From Chloroflexota bacterium (GTDB lineage: Bacteria; Chloroflexota; Dormibacteria; CF-121), in NCBI GenBank assembly GCA_005889535.1, contig VBHC01000113.1, positions 1 through 62,509 on the forward strand: 62,509 nt of DNA, written 5' to 3'. Every line of letters starts with the position of its first letter. Within the stretch, counting starts at the first letter, position 1. Made by a program: the position numbers and the translations under genes. The notes under the pieces are model-generated. The model ran no database searches and was not told the DNA's origin. It saw only the letters and a program-made list of their open reading frames with translations. Positions 8,213 to 18,657 of this stretch are shown in pieces.

Positions 8213-9613
8213 TTAGGGGACCGCCTCGGCCAGGCTCGAGTCGCGCCGGTAGAGGGCCCGTTCCACCGCCCGCCGGAGCGCATCGGCCTGCGTGGTCTCG
8301 TCGGTAAACACCCGCACCAGCGTGGTCCGGATCGGGAGCCGGCGGAAGAGCTCCGCCACGGCGCTCCGCTCGACCGCGCGGCTCACCGGGTTGTAGATGT
8401 TGACCGGGAATGGATCGTTGAAGGGATTCTGCGGTCGGGGATCGACCGACGCCAGGTCGACCTCGAAGGAGGCCTGAGCCAGCGAGGCCGGGAGCCCCTC
8501 GCGGATGCGACGGACATAGTCGGCGGGCTCCGGGTAGAGCCACGCGTCCGGTACGTTGGAAAACTCGTAATAATCCTCGAAGATCAGCCGCCATTTGAGC
8601 TCGCGACGGACGATCCGGCCCCATTCACGCGACAGCTCGGCCGCTCGGCCGCCCTCGTGCTGCCACCGGTCCACGGTGTCGATCAGCGACCAATCGGTCA
8701 GCTCCCGATACCGGTCGAGCTGGTCCAGCGGGTTGCCCGTCAGGATTCGCTCGATGGTTTCCCGGAAGATTTCCCGCATGTGCAGGTCGATGCGGCGCAC
8801 GGTCCGGTGGTAATAGATGTTGTTGTAGAGATAGAGGCGGGCATTCAGGAAGAGCAGCAAGGCCTGGGCGCCGTGCTGATGAAGCAGCAGGCCCTGCCGA
8901 TCGAGGAACGAGTAGTGGAGCAACCGCTCCAGATCGATCGGCCCCACCTTGACGCCACACATGTAGGCATCGCGCGGCACGTAGTCCAGGTTGTCCGCGG
9001 TGTACATGCCGTTGAGGATTGGCTTGAGTGCCTTAACCCAGGCCGGGACGGCCGCGCCGCTCAGCTCGGGCTCGGCGATCAGCTCCGCGATCCAGCGCGG
9101 CTCGATCCGCTCGCCCGGGGCGAAGGGGCCGCCGGGACTCGCATTGAGAGCGGCGATGGTCGAAGCCAGTTCCCCTTCGATCAGGGCGCGCCCGATCACC
9201 TCATGGTCCACGGCGAAGCGATCCAGGTAATTCTGGTCAAAGAAATGCCCGAAGGGTCCGTGACCGACGTCGTGGAGCAGCCCGGCTACCCGTAAGGTCT
9301 CCTCGACGCAGGCGGACGAGGGAACGTCCGGCACCAGGGCCTTCAGGTTGGCGTAGAGCTGTCGAGCCCAGTTGCCGCTCAGATGCATTGCCCCCAGCGC
9401 ATGCTGGAAGCGGGAATGCTCGCCGCCGGGGAACACCCACCAGGCGGATTGCAGCTGATGGATCCGGCGCAGCCGCTGCAGCCAGGGATGGTCCAGCAGA
9501 TCCTGTTCTGCTGCTACGCTCTCACCGCGCACCCGCTTGGTGATCTTGATGTAGCCGTGCAGCGGATCGGCGACGAGATTGACCGCGTCGTATTGCCGGG
9601 CGAGATCGTTCAC
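8213..9613 (-). CDS. HD-domain phosphohydrolase (dNTP triphosphohydrolase/YdhJ-like)
   Basis: HSRFQHALG, LLHDVGHGPFGH and DNLDYVPRD motifs. Confidence 0.85.
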   Translation of the reverse strand: MNDLARQYDAVNLVADPLHGYIKITKRVRGESVAAEQDLLDHPWLQRLRRIHQLQSAWWVFPGGEHSRFQHALGAMHLSGNWARQLYANLKALVPDVPSSACVEETLRVAGLLHDVGHGPFGHFFDQNYLDRFAVDHEVIGRALIEGELASTIAALNASPGGPFAPGERIEPRWIAELIAEPELSGAAVPAWVKALKPILNGMYTADNLDYVPRDAYMCGVKVGPIDLERLLHYSFLDRQGLLLHQHGAQALLLFLNARLYLYNNIYYHRTVRRIDLHMREIFRETIERILTGNPLDQLDRYRELTDWSLIDTVDRWQHEGGRAAELSREWGRIVRRELKWRLIFEDYYEFSNVPDAWLYPEPADYVRRIREGLPASLAQASFEVDLASVDPRPQNPFNDPFPVNIYNPVSRAVERSAVAELFRRLPIRTTLVRVFTDETTQADALRRAVERALYRRDSSLAEAVP

Positions 9614-9641
9614 GAGTTCGGCAACATTTTAATGACGTAGC

Positions 9642-10844
9642 ATGAGTTCGATGGAGACGGCTGTCATTGTCGATGCGCTGCGCACGCCAATCGGCCGCTA
9701 CGGTGGTGCCCTGAAAGACGTCAGACCCGACGACCTCGCGGCACTCGTCGTGCTCGAAGCGGTTCAGCGCAACGCGCTCGATCCCGCCGGCATCGAGGAC
9801 GTCTACTTCGGTGATGCGAACCAGGCCGGGGAGGACAACCGGAATGTGGCGCGCATGGCCGTTCTCCTTGCCGGGCTGCCGGTTGAGATCCCGGCGGCCA
9901 CGATGAACCGGCTGTGCGGCTCAGGGATGCAAGCGGTGGTCGCGGCCACGCGCGAAATCGAAACGGGCAATGGCGATTGCTTCCTCGCGGGTGGGGTGGA
10001 GAGTATGACGCGCGCCCCCTACATCCTCGAGAAACCGCCGCGCGAGTTCTCGAGGGGCAGCCAGACGCTGCACGATAGCACCCTGGGCTGGCGAATGATC
10101 AATCCGCGGCTGGCGGAGAAATATCCGCCGATCAGCCTGGGCCAGACCGCTGAAGTGGTGGCCCGCCGCTACGGCATCACCCGGGAGGCTCAAGACCGAT
10201 GGGCGCTGGAGAGCCATCAAAAAGCGGTCGCGGCGCAGCAGGCGTGTCATTTCCGCGCCGAGCTCGTACCAGTCGCGGTGCCGGCGGGCGCCGCGTTCGA
10301 CAAGGACGAAGGTCCGCGGGCGGACACCAGCCTGGAAAAGCTGGCCGCGCTGAAGCCGGCCTTCGAAAAGGACGGAACGGTGACGGCCGGCAACTCATCC
10401 TCGCTCAATGATGGCGCGGCGTCCCTGGTGATGATGTCGGCGTCGCGGGCGCAGCGGCTCAATGCTCGGCCGATCGCCCGGATCCTGGCTGCAGCCAGCG
10501 CGGGCGTCGACCCATCCTGCATGGGCCTGGGGCCGATTCCGGCGTCGCGCAAAGCGCTGACACGAGCCGGACTGCGGGCGAGCGACATGGACGTCATCGA
10601 GCTGAACGAGGCGTTCGCCTCCCAGGTCATCGCCTGCGTTCGGGACCTCGAGCTCGACCCTCAGCGCGTCAATCCGAACGGCGGCGCGATCGCGCTGGGC
10701 CACCCGCTGGGCGCGAGCGGCGTGCGGATCATCGCCACCCTTGTCCACGAGCTCGCCCGGCGCAAGGCCCGCTACGGGCTGGCCACGATGTGCATTGGTG
10801 TCGGCCAGGGGATCGCCACCGTCGTCGAAAACCTCGCCCGCTGA
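9642..10844 (+). CDS. Acetyl-CoA C-acyltransferase (thiolase, PcaF/PaaJ-like)
   Basis: [18 protein letters not shown] and MCIGVGQG catalytic motifs. Confidence 0.93.
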   Translation: MSSMETAVIVDALRTPIGRYGGALKDVRPDDLAALVVLEAVQRNALDPAGIEDVYFGDANQAGEDNRNVARMAVLLAGLPVEIPAATMNRLCGSGMQAVVAATREIETGNGDCFLAGGVESMTRAPYILEKPPREFSRGSQTLHDSTLGWRMINPRLAEKYPPISLGQTAEVVARRYGITREAQDRWALESHQKAVAAQQACHFRAELVPVAVPAGAAFDKDEGPRADTSLEKLAALKPAFEKDGTVTAGNSSSLNDGAASLVMMSASRAQRLNARPIARILAAASAGVDPSCMGLGPIPASRKALTRAGLRASDMDVIELNEAFASQVIACVRDLELDPQRVNPNGGAIALGHPLGASGVRIIATLVHELARRKARYGLATMCIGVGQGIATVVENLAR

Positions 10845-10851
10845 TGGGTTT

Positions 10852-10882
10852 CCCTCCCCCTCTGGGGGAGGGTAGGGTGGGG
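10852..10882 (+). repeat. REP-like palindromic element, copy 1
   Basis: CCCTCCCCC-TCT-GGGGGAGGG-TAGGGTGGGG; 30/31 identical to 20082-20112. Confidence 0.8.
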
Positions 10883-10974
10883 ACGTCAACCCGGCGCGGC
10901 ACGCCTGTCAAGGGATTGCGACTCGCCTTTTCACCGTCTACTACGGGCCCTCCGGGATGATGTGAGCGAGACCG

Positions 10975-11754
10975 TTGAGGCTCCCAATGGGTGGTATCGG
11001 ACGACGCTTGCTCGCGGTCGCCATCGCATCCGCGATGGGGCTCGTGCCGTTGACTGCCGCCGCCTCGATCGACAACGCGCAGGCCGATGCCTTGTGGAAC
11101 CAGCCGCAGAGCGTCAGCGCCGATAGCGCGTTCTATATGGTCCAGGCGTGGTGGGATGGCATTGCTCGGGCTATGCAGGGCGACCCGACCCAGCGGGGCC
11201 TCGATGAGCTAGCCCAGGCGAATTCGGATCTGCTGAGTGTGCACGCCCTGCTTCTGCAGCAGCGCACCGACCCGGGACCGCACCCGGTCGCTGTCGTCGA
11301 CCCTTTGCTCGCCAGCATCTACAACGTCATCACCGGATCCAACGCGAAAGCACCGGTCGGGTCGGTCTTCAGCTGGATCAACCAGTCGTTGCTGAAACTG
11401 GAGGGCCGCGGATCGACGGATGACATCGTTCGGGTCTTACTCAAGGACTACCAGGCAAAACAGACGGCAGCCGAGCGGGATCTGCGTCCGACCTCGGGGC
11501 TCGATACCGACGCGCTCTTGACGGCGAACGCACAACGGGTGACTGCGTTCTTGCCGAAGATCAAGGCCCTCTCCAGCCCTGACGATGGGCTCGCTGACCT
11601 GCTCCACGACGTCGATCAATCGACCACCGCCGTTGCCGCCCGGCACCACGGCAATGGGGACGGCGGGGGCCAGGCCAATGGCAACGGCAATGCCAATGGA
11701 AACGCAAATGCCAATGGGAGCGGCAAGCACGTGACGCCAAAGCCGAAGAAATAG
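10975..11754 (+). CDS. Secreted hypothetical protein (DUF5667-like) with an Asn/Gly/Ala-rich tail
   Basis: Signal peptide (AAA|S), helical body and GNGNANGNANANG tail. The family call is tentative. Confidence 0.6.
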   Translation: MRLPMGGIGRRLLAVAIASAMGLVPLTAAASIDNAQADALWNQPQSVSADSAFYMVQAWWDGIARAMQGDPTQRGLDELAQANSDLLSVHALLLQQRTDPGPHPVAVVDPLLASIYNVITGSNAKAPVGSVFSWINQSLLKLEGRGSTDDIVRVLLKDYQAKQTAAERDLRPTSGLDTDALLTANAQRVTAFLPKIKALSSPDDGLADLLHDVDQSTTAVAARHHGNGDGGGQANGNGNANGNANANGSGKHVTPKPKK

Positions 11755-11771
11755 AGCCGGCGGGCTCTGGC

Positions 11772-12122
11772 TTAGGCTTCTTCCTCGTCCTGCACGCCGT
11801 CCAGGGTCAACATCAGACCGTCCTGGAGGTCGTACAGCGCATCCATCGAGTCCGCGATCGTCAGGTCCTCCGGGGCTCGATTGCCGAGCGGATGCTCCAT
11901 CTCCGCGGTCAGCCGCTGGACTCGGAGCGCCAGGTCGGCCGGCAGCTGCGTTTCCTCAGCGATGTTCAGCATCTCGAGCTCATCCAGAAGGCGGTCGATG
12001 TGCCGGATTCGGTTCCGGCGGGCATAGCGCAACTCACGCTCCGCGTGCCACCGCTCGCGAAGCGCTGAAATCTGGACCGAGGTCTGCTCGATCATGCGCC
12101 CGCTTCCGAGGGTCCGAGCCAT
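11772..12122 (-). CDS. Hypothetical helical protein (paralog of 58700-59005)
   Basis: Near-gapless alignment to the 58700 ORF; has its own promoter. Confidence 0.65.
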   Translation of the reverse strand: MARTLGSGRMIEQTSVQISALRERWHAERELRYARRNRIRHIDRLLDELEMLNIAEETQLPADLALRVQRLTAEMEHPLGNRAPEDLTIADSMDALYDLQDGLMLTLDGVQDEEEA

Positions 12123-12137
12123 GCTTCCCGAACGACT

Positions 12138-12166
12138 ACATTACTTTCAAAGTCCGAATTGGTCAA
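12138..12166 (-). promoter_or_regulatory. Sigma70-type promoter TTGACC-N17-TAATGT
   Basis: Read directly on the minus strand, upstream of the 12122 ORF. Confidence 0.6.
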
Positions 12167-12209
12167 GAACTCACGGCCCGGTTAGTACAGAAACGCCTCA
12201 AACGCTCGT

Positions 12210-13166
12210 ATGGCACTGAAGCGCCACTCGCGTGGGGCGACGCCCCGAGCGCCACTCGCGTCGGCCGGCGGGCCGGCCGGCTACGCGCTGATCCTTGTTT
12301 CCGCCTTCTTGTTCGCCGCTGGCGGCAACGTCGTCAAGGCCTTATTCAGGCTCGGGTACTCGCCGCTTGTGCTGGCGCAGTTGCGCATCTGGTCGGCCTT
12401 TCTCGGGCTCTTCCTTTCACTGTTGGTGATCCGGCCGTCCCTGCTTTTAGTGGCCCGAAGTGAACTTCCGTCCCTGGCCATCTTCGGCGGCGTTGGTCTG
12501 GCCGGGGTTCAGCTCAGCTATTACCTGACGATCTCCCGCATCAACATTGCGGTGGCGCTGCTCGTGCAGTACCTGGGGCTGGTCGCGGTGACCGCCTTTG
12601 AACGCTACCGCCGCCAGCAAGAGGTCGGCGTCCAGGTCTGGGCCGCGCTCGCGATGGTGCTGATCGGCGCCTTCTTCGCGGTCGGCGCCTACCAGCCGGC
12701 GCTCCTGCGCGTTAACCTGCCGGGTGTCATGCTGGGCCTGGTGTCAGCCGGGTTTTTTGCCTTCTACATCCTGCGAGCCTCGACCCTGGCGCGACGGCTC
12801 AACACCTGGACCATCCTGCTCTACGGCTTCGGCGCGGGCAGCGTGCTGTGGGCGGCCTTCGATGCTGCGAGCGGCACCGGACTGCCGGCGGACCTGCGCA
12901 TCTGGGTCGTAATGGCGCTGATCGGTCTTGTTGGCACGCTGCTGGCACACGGCCTCTTTGTGATGGCGCTGCGCACGGTCCGCCCGTCGACGGCTGGCAT
13001 CATCGCCACCGCCGAGCCCGTCTTCGCCGGCCTGATCGCCTACCTCGTGCTCGGCGATCGCCTGCAGCCGCTTCAGGTCCTGGGGGCGGCGGTCATCGTC
13101 GCTGGAATCATCGCCGTGCAAGCCGGCCATCGCACCGGTGCCGTCACCGCACCGCCCATCCAGTGA
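12210..13166 (+). CDS. EamA/DMT family transporter
   Basis: About 10 TMs in two EamA repeats; AGIIATAEPVFA motif. Confidence 0.9.
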   Translation: MALKRHSRGATPRAPLASAGGPAGYALILVSAFLFAAGGNVVKALFRLGYSPLVLAQLRIWSAFLGLFLSLLVIRPSLLLVARSELPSLAIFGGVGLAGVQLSYYLTISRINIAVALLVQYLGLVAVTAFERYRRQQEVGVQVWAALAMVLIGAFFAVGAYQPALLRVNLPGVMLGLVSAGFFAFYILRASTLARRLNTWTILLYGFGAGSVLWAAFDAASGTGLPADLRIWVVMALIGLVGTLLAHGLFVMALRTVRPSTAGIIATAEPVFAGLIAYLVLGDRLQPLQVLGAAVIVAGIIAVQAGHRTGAVTAPPIQ

Positions 13167-13927
13167 GCTTCGACCTCGAGCGGGTCACATCCCAATTGGT
13201 GACCGGAGAGATCAGTTGGTCGCTGCACTATGAGCCCGAATGCGAGAGCACCCAGGACCTGGCTCGAGAGGCGGTGGCCGGCGGGGCCGCGCCCGGATGG
13301 ACGGTGACGACCGACCTGCAGCGTCACGGCCGCGGCCGCCGGGGGCGGTCATGGACGGCGCCGGTGGGTCAGGCGCTCCTCTTCTCGACCGTACTGCAAC
13401 CCCCAGTCGATGTGCTTCCGCTGCTGCCGTTGCTCGCCGCGGTCACGGTGGCGGGCGGCGTCGAGCTATCCACGGGAGCGGCCCCGGAGTTGAAGTGGCC
13501 GAACGACGTGCTCCTGAACGGCAAGAAATTGGCCGGCATCTTGTTGGAGCGCCCGCCTGGTTCGCTGGTGGTCCTTGGCGTCGGCCTGAACGCTAACCAG
13601 TCCGCCCCCGAGCTTCTCGAAGGAGCGACTTCGCTGGCGGTCGAGGTCGGCCATCCGGTCAACCGTGAGGACGTATTGGCCGCGATCCTCAACGATCTCA
13701 GCAACGCCTATGAGCGCGCCGATCGGGAGGGCGTGGATTGGATCCTGCCCGGCTGGCGCAGCCGAACCTCCATGCTCGGGAAACCCGTCACCTTCCGCCG
13801 CGACGGCGTGCTGCAGCACGGCCTGGCCGAGGATGTCGGCATCGATGGCGCGCTACTCATGCGCACCGCGGATGGAAGCCGGCTCAGCGTCGTGGCGGGC
13901 GACGTGGATCTGGTCCGGCCGGATTAG
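13163..13927 (+). CDS. birA: Biotin--[acetyl-CoA carboxylase] ligase (no HTH domain)
   Basis: STQD, QRHGRGRRGRSW, KWPNDVLLNGKKLAGIL and GVGLN motifs. GTG start in a GTGA overlap with the EamA stop. Confidence 0.92.
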   Translation: MSFDLERVTSQLVTGEISWSLHYEPECESTQDLAREAVAGGAAPGWTVTTDLQRHGRGRRGRSWTAPVGQALLFSTVLQPPVDVLPLLPLLAAVTVAGGVELSTGAAPELKWPNDVLLNGKKLAGILLERPPGSLVVLGVGLNANQSAPELLEGATSLAVEVGHPVNREDVLAAILNDLSNAYERADREGVDWILPGWRSRTSMLGKPVTFRRDGVLQHGLAEDVGIDGALLMRTADGSRLSVVAGDVDLVRPD

Positions 13928-13948
13928 ACAGCCGTCGCGACGAATCCC

Positions 13949-14365
13949 TCAGTCATAGATCTTTCCGTTGTCCTCGATGTACCCACCCTCATGGGTGCCC
14001 TGGGGATCGTGATGGGTGAAGTGGATCAGTCCACCCTGCGCGTTCCAGATGTACTCGCCGTGGACGGTCACCTGGTCTCCGACCGCGACCGGTGCCCGCG
14101 CGCCAATGGAGACGTTGTGTTCGACCTCGACAGTGATCGCGCCGGATGACAGCTTGACGATGAACCGTTCGTGGGTGCCGGTTGCGCTGGTTTGATCGGC
14201 CAGCAGTCGCACCACGGTCCCATCCGCCGTCACCTCGACATTGGAATGGTGGCTCCGAAAATCGCTGACGACCGCGGAATTATCCGGCTGCGCCGCGCCG
14301 CCGCAGGCCGCCAGCAGCAGGCCCAGTCCGCAGGCCGTTGCGGCGGCCCTCCGGCCGCCGCGCAT
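13949..14365 (-). CDS. DUF3465 family lipoprotein
   Basis: LAAC lipobox; HERFIV, GEYIWN..GGLIHFTHHDP.G.HEGG motifs. Start moved to the ATG at 14365. Confidence 0.8.
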   Translation of the reverse strand: MRGGRRAAATACGLGLLLAACGGAAQPDNSAVVSDFRSHHSNVEVTADGTVVRLLADQTSATGTHERFIVKLSSGAITVEVEHNVSIGARAPVAVGDQVTVHGEYIWNAQGGLIHFTHHDPQGTHEGGYIEDNGKIYD

Positions 14366-14367
14366 GC

Positions 14368-14760
14368 TTAGCTGACCTTGACCTCGCCGAGCATCTGGGC
14401 GTGGATCTGGCAGTGGTACTTGTAGTCGCCCGCCTTGCTGAACGTCACCATGAATTTCGCCCCGGCATTTTGCAGGCATGAGTCGAACGTGGTGTTGTCA
14501 TCGGTAACGCTATGCTGCGCTGAGCTGTCCTGGAAGTCCCATTCGACCGTGTCACCGGTCTTGACGCTGACCATCGCCGGATCGAATTTGCCAATCGTGT
14601 TGGGATCCGCGACCACCTTCACGGTTTGCGTCGCCGTACCGCTGCTGCTACCGCCCGTCGGACTGCAGCTCTGACCACCATTGTCACCGCCCGAGCCGCC
14701 GCAGCTGGCGAGTAGTAGCGCGGCCGCGACCGACCCGATCGCCATCTTCCAAACAGTCAC
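14368..14760 (-). CDS. Blue-copper (plastocyanin/amicyanin-like) lipoprotein
   Basis: LASC lipobox; ligand set H(SVT)...C-Q-I-H-A-Q-M. Confidence 0.88.
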   Translation of the reverse strand: MTVWKMAIGSVAAALLLASCGGSGGDNGGQSCSPTGGSSSGTATQTVKVVADPNTIGKFDPAMVSVKTGDTVEWDFQDSSAQHSVTDDNTTFDSCLQNAGAKFMVTFSKAGDYKYHCQIHAQMLGEVKVS

Positions 14761-14865
14761 GCTTGCCTCCTTGATTCGAACGGTTACCCCTCGCCTGAGT
14801 TTACGAGTCGATTCCAGGGCACGGCACCGAAAACGCCGTCGCCCGCACAGAATCAGGTATGTACC

Positions 14866-15087
14866 TTACTCGGGGAGCTCGGCAAACTCCCGGCGCGCAT
14901 CGCGCACCCATAGAGCGATCGCCGCAACCATGATCACGGCACCGGCGATGCTGATCAGCAGGTTCAGGATGAGTCCGATCAGAAGCACCGCGACGCCGAC
15001 CGCCAGCACAGGTGGCCAGATGCTGGGCGGCGGCAGGTGAAAAGCCTCGTGGCTTTCGCTGTGAGGCTGCTGCTCAGGCTCTGCCAT
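14866..15087 (-). CDS. ctaF: Cytochrome c oxidase subunit 4 (actinobacterial CtaF-like)
   Basis: HLPPPSIWPPVLA motif and 2 TMs; ATG in a TGATG overlap. Confidence 0.7.
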   Translation of the reverse strand: MAEPEQQPHSESHEAFHLPPPSIWPPVLAVGVAVLLIGLILNLLISIAGAVIMVAAIALWVRDARREFAELPE

Positions 15088-15203
15088 CAGCCAAAGTTGT
15101 TGTAGATGAGCGCCCACGCCAGGGAGAGCCCCAGCATGATGAGCGCCGTCACAAACAGCAGCACCCCGAGTCGAACATTCTTGCGCGCTTCGTCTCTATG
15201 CAT
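15087..15203 (-). CDS. 38 aa single-TM protein, putative oxidase small subunit or assembly factor
   Basis: MHRDEARKNVRLGVLLFVTALIMLGLSLAWALIYNNFG; its stop overlaps the ctaF start. Confidence 0.65.
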   Translation of the reverse strand: MHRDEARKNVRLGVLLFVTALIMLGLSLAWALIYNNFG

Positions 15204-15216
15204 GGGCCAGAGGAAA

Positions 15217-17007
15217 CTATAACCTCCCCACCATTCGATCGGCCACCATCACCGCGAACAGCAACCCAAGATACGCGATCGAATAGTCGAAGAGCAGACG
15301 GGACCAGCGCTGGCGGCGGGCGCGCAGGTTGACAACGGCCAGCGCGATGAACAGGCCGCCAAGGAGGACGGCGCCGCCGAGGTAAAGAAGCCCGAGAGCG
15401 CCGGTCAGGACTACCGCCAGCGTGACGGCGACCAGGACCAGCGTGTAGAAGAGGATCTGCCGACGGGCGGCGGCATCGCCGCGAACCACCGGCAACATCG
15501 GCACGTGCGCCCGCGCGTAGTCACCCCTGAGCCGGAGGGCGAGCGCCCAGAAGTGGGGAGGCGTCCAGAGAAAGATGATGGCGAACAGGTAAACCGCGGT
15601 CAGGTCGAGCCGGTGGGCGACGGCCGCCCACCCGACCATGGGTGGCACCGCGCCCGCGGCGCCCCCGATCACGATGTTCTGCACCGTCGAGCGCTTCAGC
15701 CAGAGGGTGTAGACGAACACGTAGAAAAGCAGGCCGCTGATCGCCAGGGTCGCGGCCAGTACGTTGACCCAGAAGGCAAGGATGAGGAACGCCGCCAATC
15801 CGAGCCCGATGCCAAAGATCAGCGCGTGGCTGGGCGCGATCCGTCCGTCCGGAAGGGGACGCCGCCGGGTGCGCAGCATCTCGCGGTCCAGGTCGCGGTC
15901 GATCCAGCAATTGATGGCGCCGGCACCGGCCGCCGCCAGCGCGCCCCCCAGCAGGGTGAGCACGACGAGTCCCGTCGACGGCCAGCCGCGCTCCGCCATC
16001 ATCATCCCGCCCAGGGCGGTGATCAGCAGTAGCGGGATGATTCGTGGTTTGGCCAGGCTGACGTAATCCATGACGACGTCGCGGACGGAAGACCTGGCTG
16101 ATCGCCTCCCAGTTCGGACGTCCATCGGCTCCTCAGCTGGAGGCAGGCGGCTGGCGATCACGGCGAGGACCACAGTCCCGGTCCAGACGGCGCTCGCCAG
16201 GGCAAGGTGGAGGCCGCGCAGCACCGTGGGCAGATGCAGCGTCACGACAGCGGCGCCGACGGCAACCTGAAACGCCAGGGCCGCCAGCGTCAGCGCGACC
16301 GTCGCCCGGACGGCCGGCTCGCGCCGGTGCCGGGCGAGCACCGACAGCAGGCCGATGACCACCAGCAGACCGACGACCGCGGCAACCCCCCGGTGCATCA
16401 GCTGGATGGCGGGGGAGCCGTCGAAGGCAAGGCGGAAGCCGCCGCCACAGAGCGGCCAGGCATCGCAGGCGCTACTCGCGCCGCTGCCGACCACCAACGA
16501 TCCGCTCAGGACCAACAGATACGTGCCGGCGGCGGCGCCGCGGGCGCGTCCCGCCGACTGCGCGTCAACCTGCCCCGGTGGGATGGGCATCAGCGCGGCG
16601 ACCGCGGTGACGCATACGGCTCCCAGCAGCGCCATCGCGGTGGCGAGGTGGACGAGGACGATCATCGGTGGGAGCTCCAAGCGGACGGTGATCGCACCCA
16701 GCGCCACCTGGACGGCGAGCAGAGCCACGGCAAGCGTGGCCGGAATCACCAGGTCGCGCCGGTTACGCCAGGCGATCCACGCCACCAGGGCAGTCAGCAC
16801 GACGAGGACGCTCGTCAGCGAGGCCGTGGTCCGATGCGAGTACTCGATGATGGCATGCAGGTCGAGGGGCGGCAGCAGCCGGCCGTGACACAGCGGCCAG
16901 TCCGGGCAACCGAGCCCGGATCCCGAGACTCGCACCACCCCGCCGAGGACGACCAGCGCGTAGGTCACCACCGCGGTGGCGACGCTCAACGCGCGGAAGC
17001 CCTTCAC
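15217..17007 (-). CDS. ctaA-ctaB: Fused heme A synthase (CtaA) + heme O synthase (CtaB)
   Basis: N half: GSGLGCPDWPLCHG, EYSHR and H motifs. C half: KPRII, DRDLD..M.RTRRRPLP and WTPPHFWALA. Confidence 0.9.
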   Translation of the reverse strand: MKGFRALSVATAVVTYALVVLGGVVRVSGSGLGCPDWPLCHGRLLPPLDLHAIIEYSHRTTASLTSVLVVLTALVAWIAWRNRRDLVIPATLAVALLAVQVALGAITVRLELPPMIVLVHLATAMALLGAVCVTAVAALMPIPPGQVDAQSAGRARGAAAGTYLLVLSGSLVVGSGASSACDAWPLCGGGFRLAFDGSPAIQLMHRGVAAVVGLLVVIGLLSVLARHRREPAVRATVALTLAALAFQVAVGAAVVTLHLPTVLRGLHLALASAVWTGTVVLAVIASRLPPAEEPMDVRTGRRSARSSVRDVVMDYVSLAKPRIIPLLLITALGGMMMAERGWPSTGLVVLTLLGGALAAAGAGAINCWIDRDLDREMLRTRRRPLPDGRIAPSHALIFGIGLGLAAFLILAFWVNVLAATLAISGLLFYVFVYTLWLKRSTVQNIVIGGAAGAVPPMVGWAAVAHRLDLTAVYLFAIIFLWTPPHFWALALRLRGDYARAHVPMLPVVRGDAAARRQILFYTLVLVAVTLAVVLTGALGLLYLGGAVLLGGLFIALAVVNLRARRQRWSRLLFDYSIAYLGLLFAVMVADRMVGRL

Positions 17008-18642
17008 TCAGGCGTGTTCGGTCGCGGCCGTGACGCCGCGTCGCAGGTCGCGCAACGGCCGACCACTGCGCACCGGCGGGACGCTATCGAAGTTGTAGGC
17101 CGGCGGCGGCGAGGTGGTCGCCCACTCGAGGGTGTTGGCCTCCCATGGGTCGGCCGACGCCCGGCGGCCGCCACGCACGCTGATCGCGACGTTGATCAAG
17201 AAGATCAGGATCGCGGTCGCGATCATGAAGGCGCCGATGGTCGCGATTAAATTCCAGGGCGCCCAGTCAACCCGATTGGCGTTCCAGATCGCGATCCGCC
17301 GCGGCATCCCCTCGAGGCCGAGAAAGTGCATTGGCATGAATGTGACATTGAAGCCGAGCAGCTGGATCCAGAACTGGATCTTGCCCAGCGTCTCGTTGAG
17401 ATAGCGGCCGGTCATCTTCGGAAACCAGTAGAAGAAGCCGGCAAAGACGCCGAACACACTCCCGCCAAACAGGACGTAATGGATATGGGACACCACCCAG
17501 TAGGTGGCGTGGATCTGGTAGTCCACCGCCAGCGACGCCATGAAGACGCCGTCGACGCCACCCATCAAAAACATGAGGACGAAGGCCACGGAAAACAGCA
17601 TTGCTGTCGTGTACTTGATCGACCCGCCCCACAGCGTCGCCATCCAGTTCAGCACCTTCACCCCCGAGGGGACGGCGATCATCGCGGTGGTCGCCATGAA
17701 GAATTCCTGCAGGGCCAGCGGTAGGCCGGTGGTGAACATGTGGTGGGCGAAAACCATGAAGCCCAGTACGCCGATGGCAGCCATGGAGAAGGCCATCGCC
17801 CGGTAGCCGAAGATCGGTTTTCGGCTGAAAACCGGGATGACCTCGGAAACGATACCGAACGCCGGCAAGATCATGATGTAGACCGCGGGGTGTGAGTAGA
17901 ACCAGAAGATGAACTGGTAGAGCAGCGGGTCTGACCCATGGATGAAGAAGTGGGTGCCCAACTGCCGATCCATCAGTACCATCGCCAGCACGCCCGCGAG
18001 GAAGGGGCTGGCGAGCAAGACCAGGCCGGCGGTGATCTCCATCGACCAGACGAACAGCGGCAGGCGGAACCAGGTCATCCCGGGGGCCCGCATGTTGTGG
18101 ATCGTCACCAGGAAGTTGATCGCGCCCATGATCGAGGAGATGCCCAGGATGTGCAGCCCCAGGATCCATAGGTCCTGGCCGAGCCCGGCGGCGTAGGCTT
18201 TTTCGGTCAGCGGCACATAGCCGGTCCAGCCGGCCGCGGCCGCCCCGGTCTTCGTGAGGAGGCCGCTGTACATCGTCAGGCCGCCGAGCGGGATCAGCCA
18301 GAAGGAGAAGGCGTTGATCCGGGGGAATGCCATGTCGCGAGCGCCGATCATCAATGGCACGAAGTAGTTCCCGAAACCGGAAAAGACCGGGATGATCCAG
18401 AGGAAGATCATGGTCGTCCCGTGCAACGTCATGATCTCGTTGTAGGTCTGTGCCGCGAGGAAGTGGTTGTTGCCCACCGCCAGCTGAGTCCGCATCAGGA
18501 GGGCCATGATGCCGCCCACCAGGAAGAAGAAGAAGGTCGTGTAGAGGTAGAGAATGCCGATCTTCTTGTGGTCGACCGTGGTCAGCCACTCAACGAGAAC
18601 GCTTCTCCGGGCAGCCTGCCGTGGCAGGGCGATGCTAGCCAT
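17008..18642 (-). CDS. coxA: Heme-copper oxidase subunit I, A2 type
   Basis: HGTTM, GWTGY.PL, YSHPAVY (A2 YS motif), AHHMF and HIH ligands. Confidence 0.96.
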   Translation of the reverse strand: MASIALPRQAARRSVLVEWLTTVDHKKIGILYLYTTFFFFLVGGIMALLMRTQLAVGNNHFLAAQTYNEIMTLHGTTMIFLWIIPVFSGFGNYFVPLMIGARDMAFPRINAFSFWLIPLGGLTMYSGLLTKTGAAAAGWTGYVPLTEKAYAAGLGQDLWILGLHILGISSIMGAINFLVTIHNMRAPGMTWFRLPLFVWSMEITAGLVLLASPFLAGVLAMVLMDRQLGTHFFIHGSDPLLYQFIFWFYSHPAVYIMILPAFGIVSEVIPVFSRKPIFGYRAMAFSMAAIGVLGFMVFAHHMFTTGLPLALQEFFMATTAMIAVPSGVKVLNWMATLWGGSIKYTTAMLFSVAFVLMFLMGGVDGVFMASLAVDYQIHATYWVVSHIHYVLFGGSVFGVFAGFFYWFPKMTGRYLNETLGKIQFWIQLLGFNVTFMPMHFLGLEGMPRRIAIWNANRVDWAPWNLIATIGAFMIATAILIFLINVAISVRGGRRASADPWEANTLEWATTSPPPAYNFDSVPPVRSGRPLRDLRRGVTAATEHA

Positions 18643-18657
18643 TGCTTTGTGTCACCT

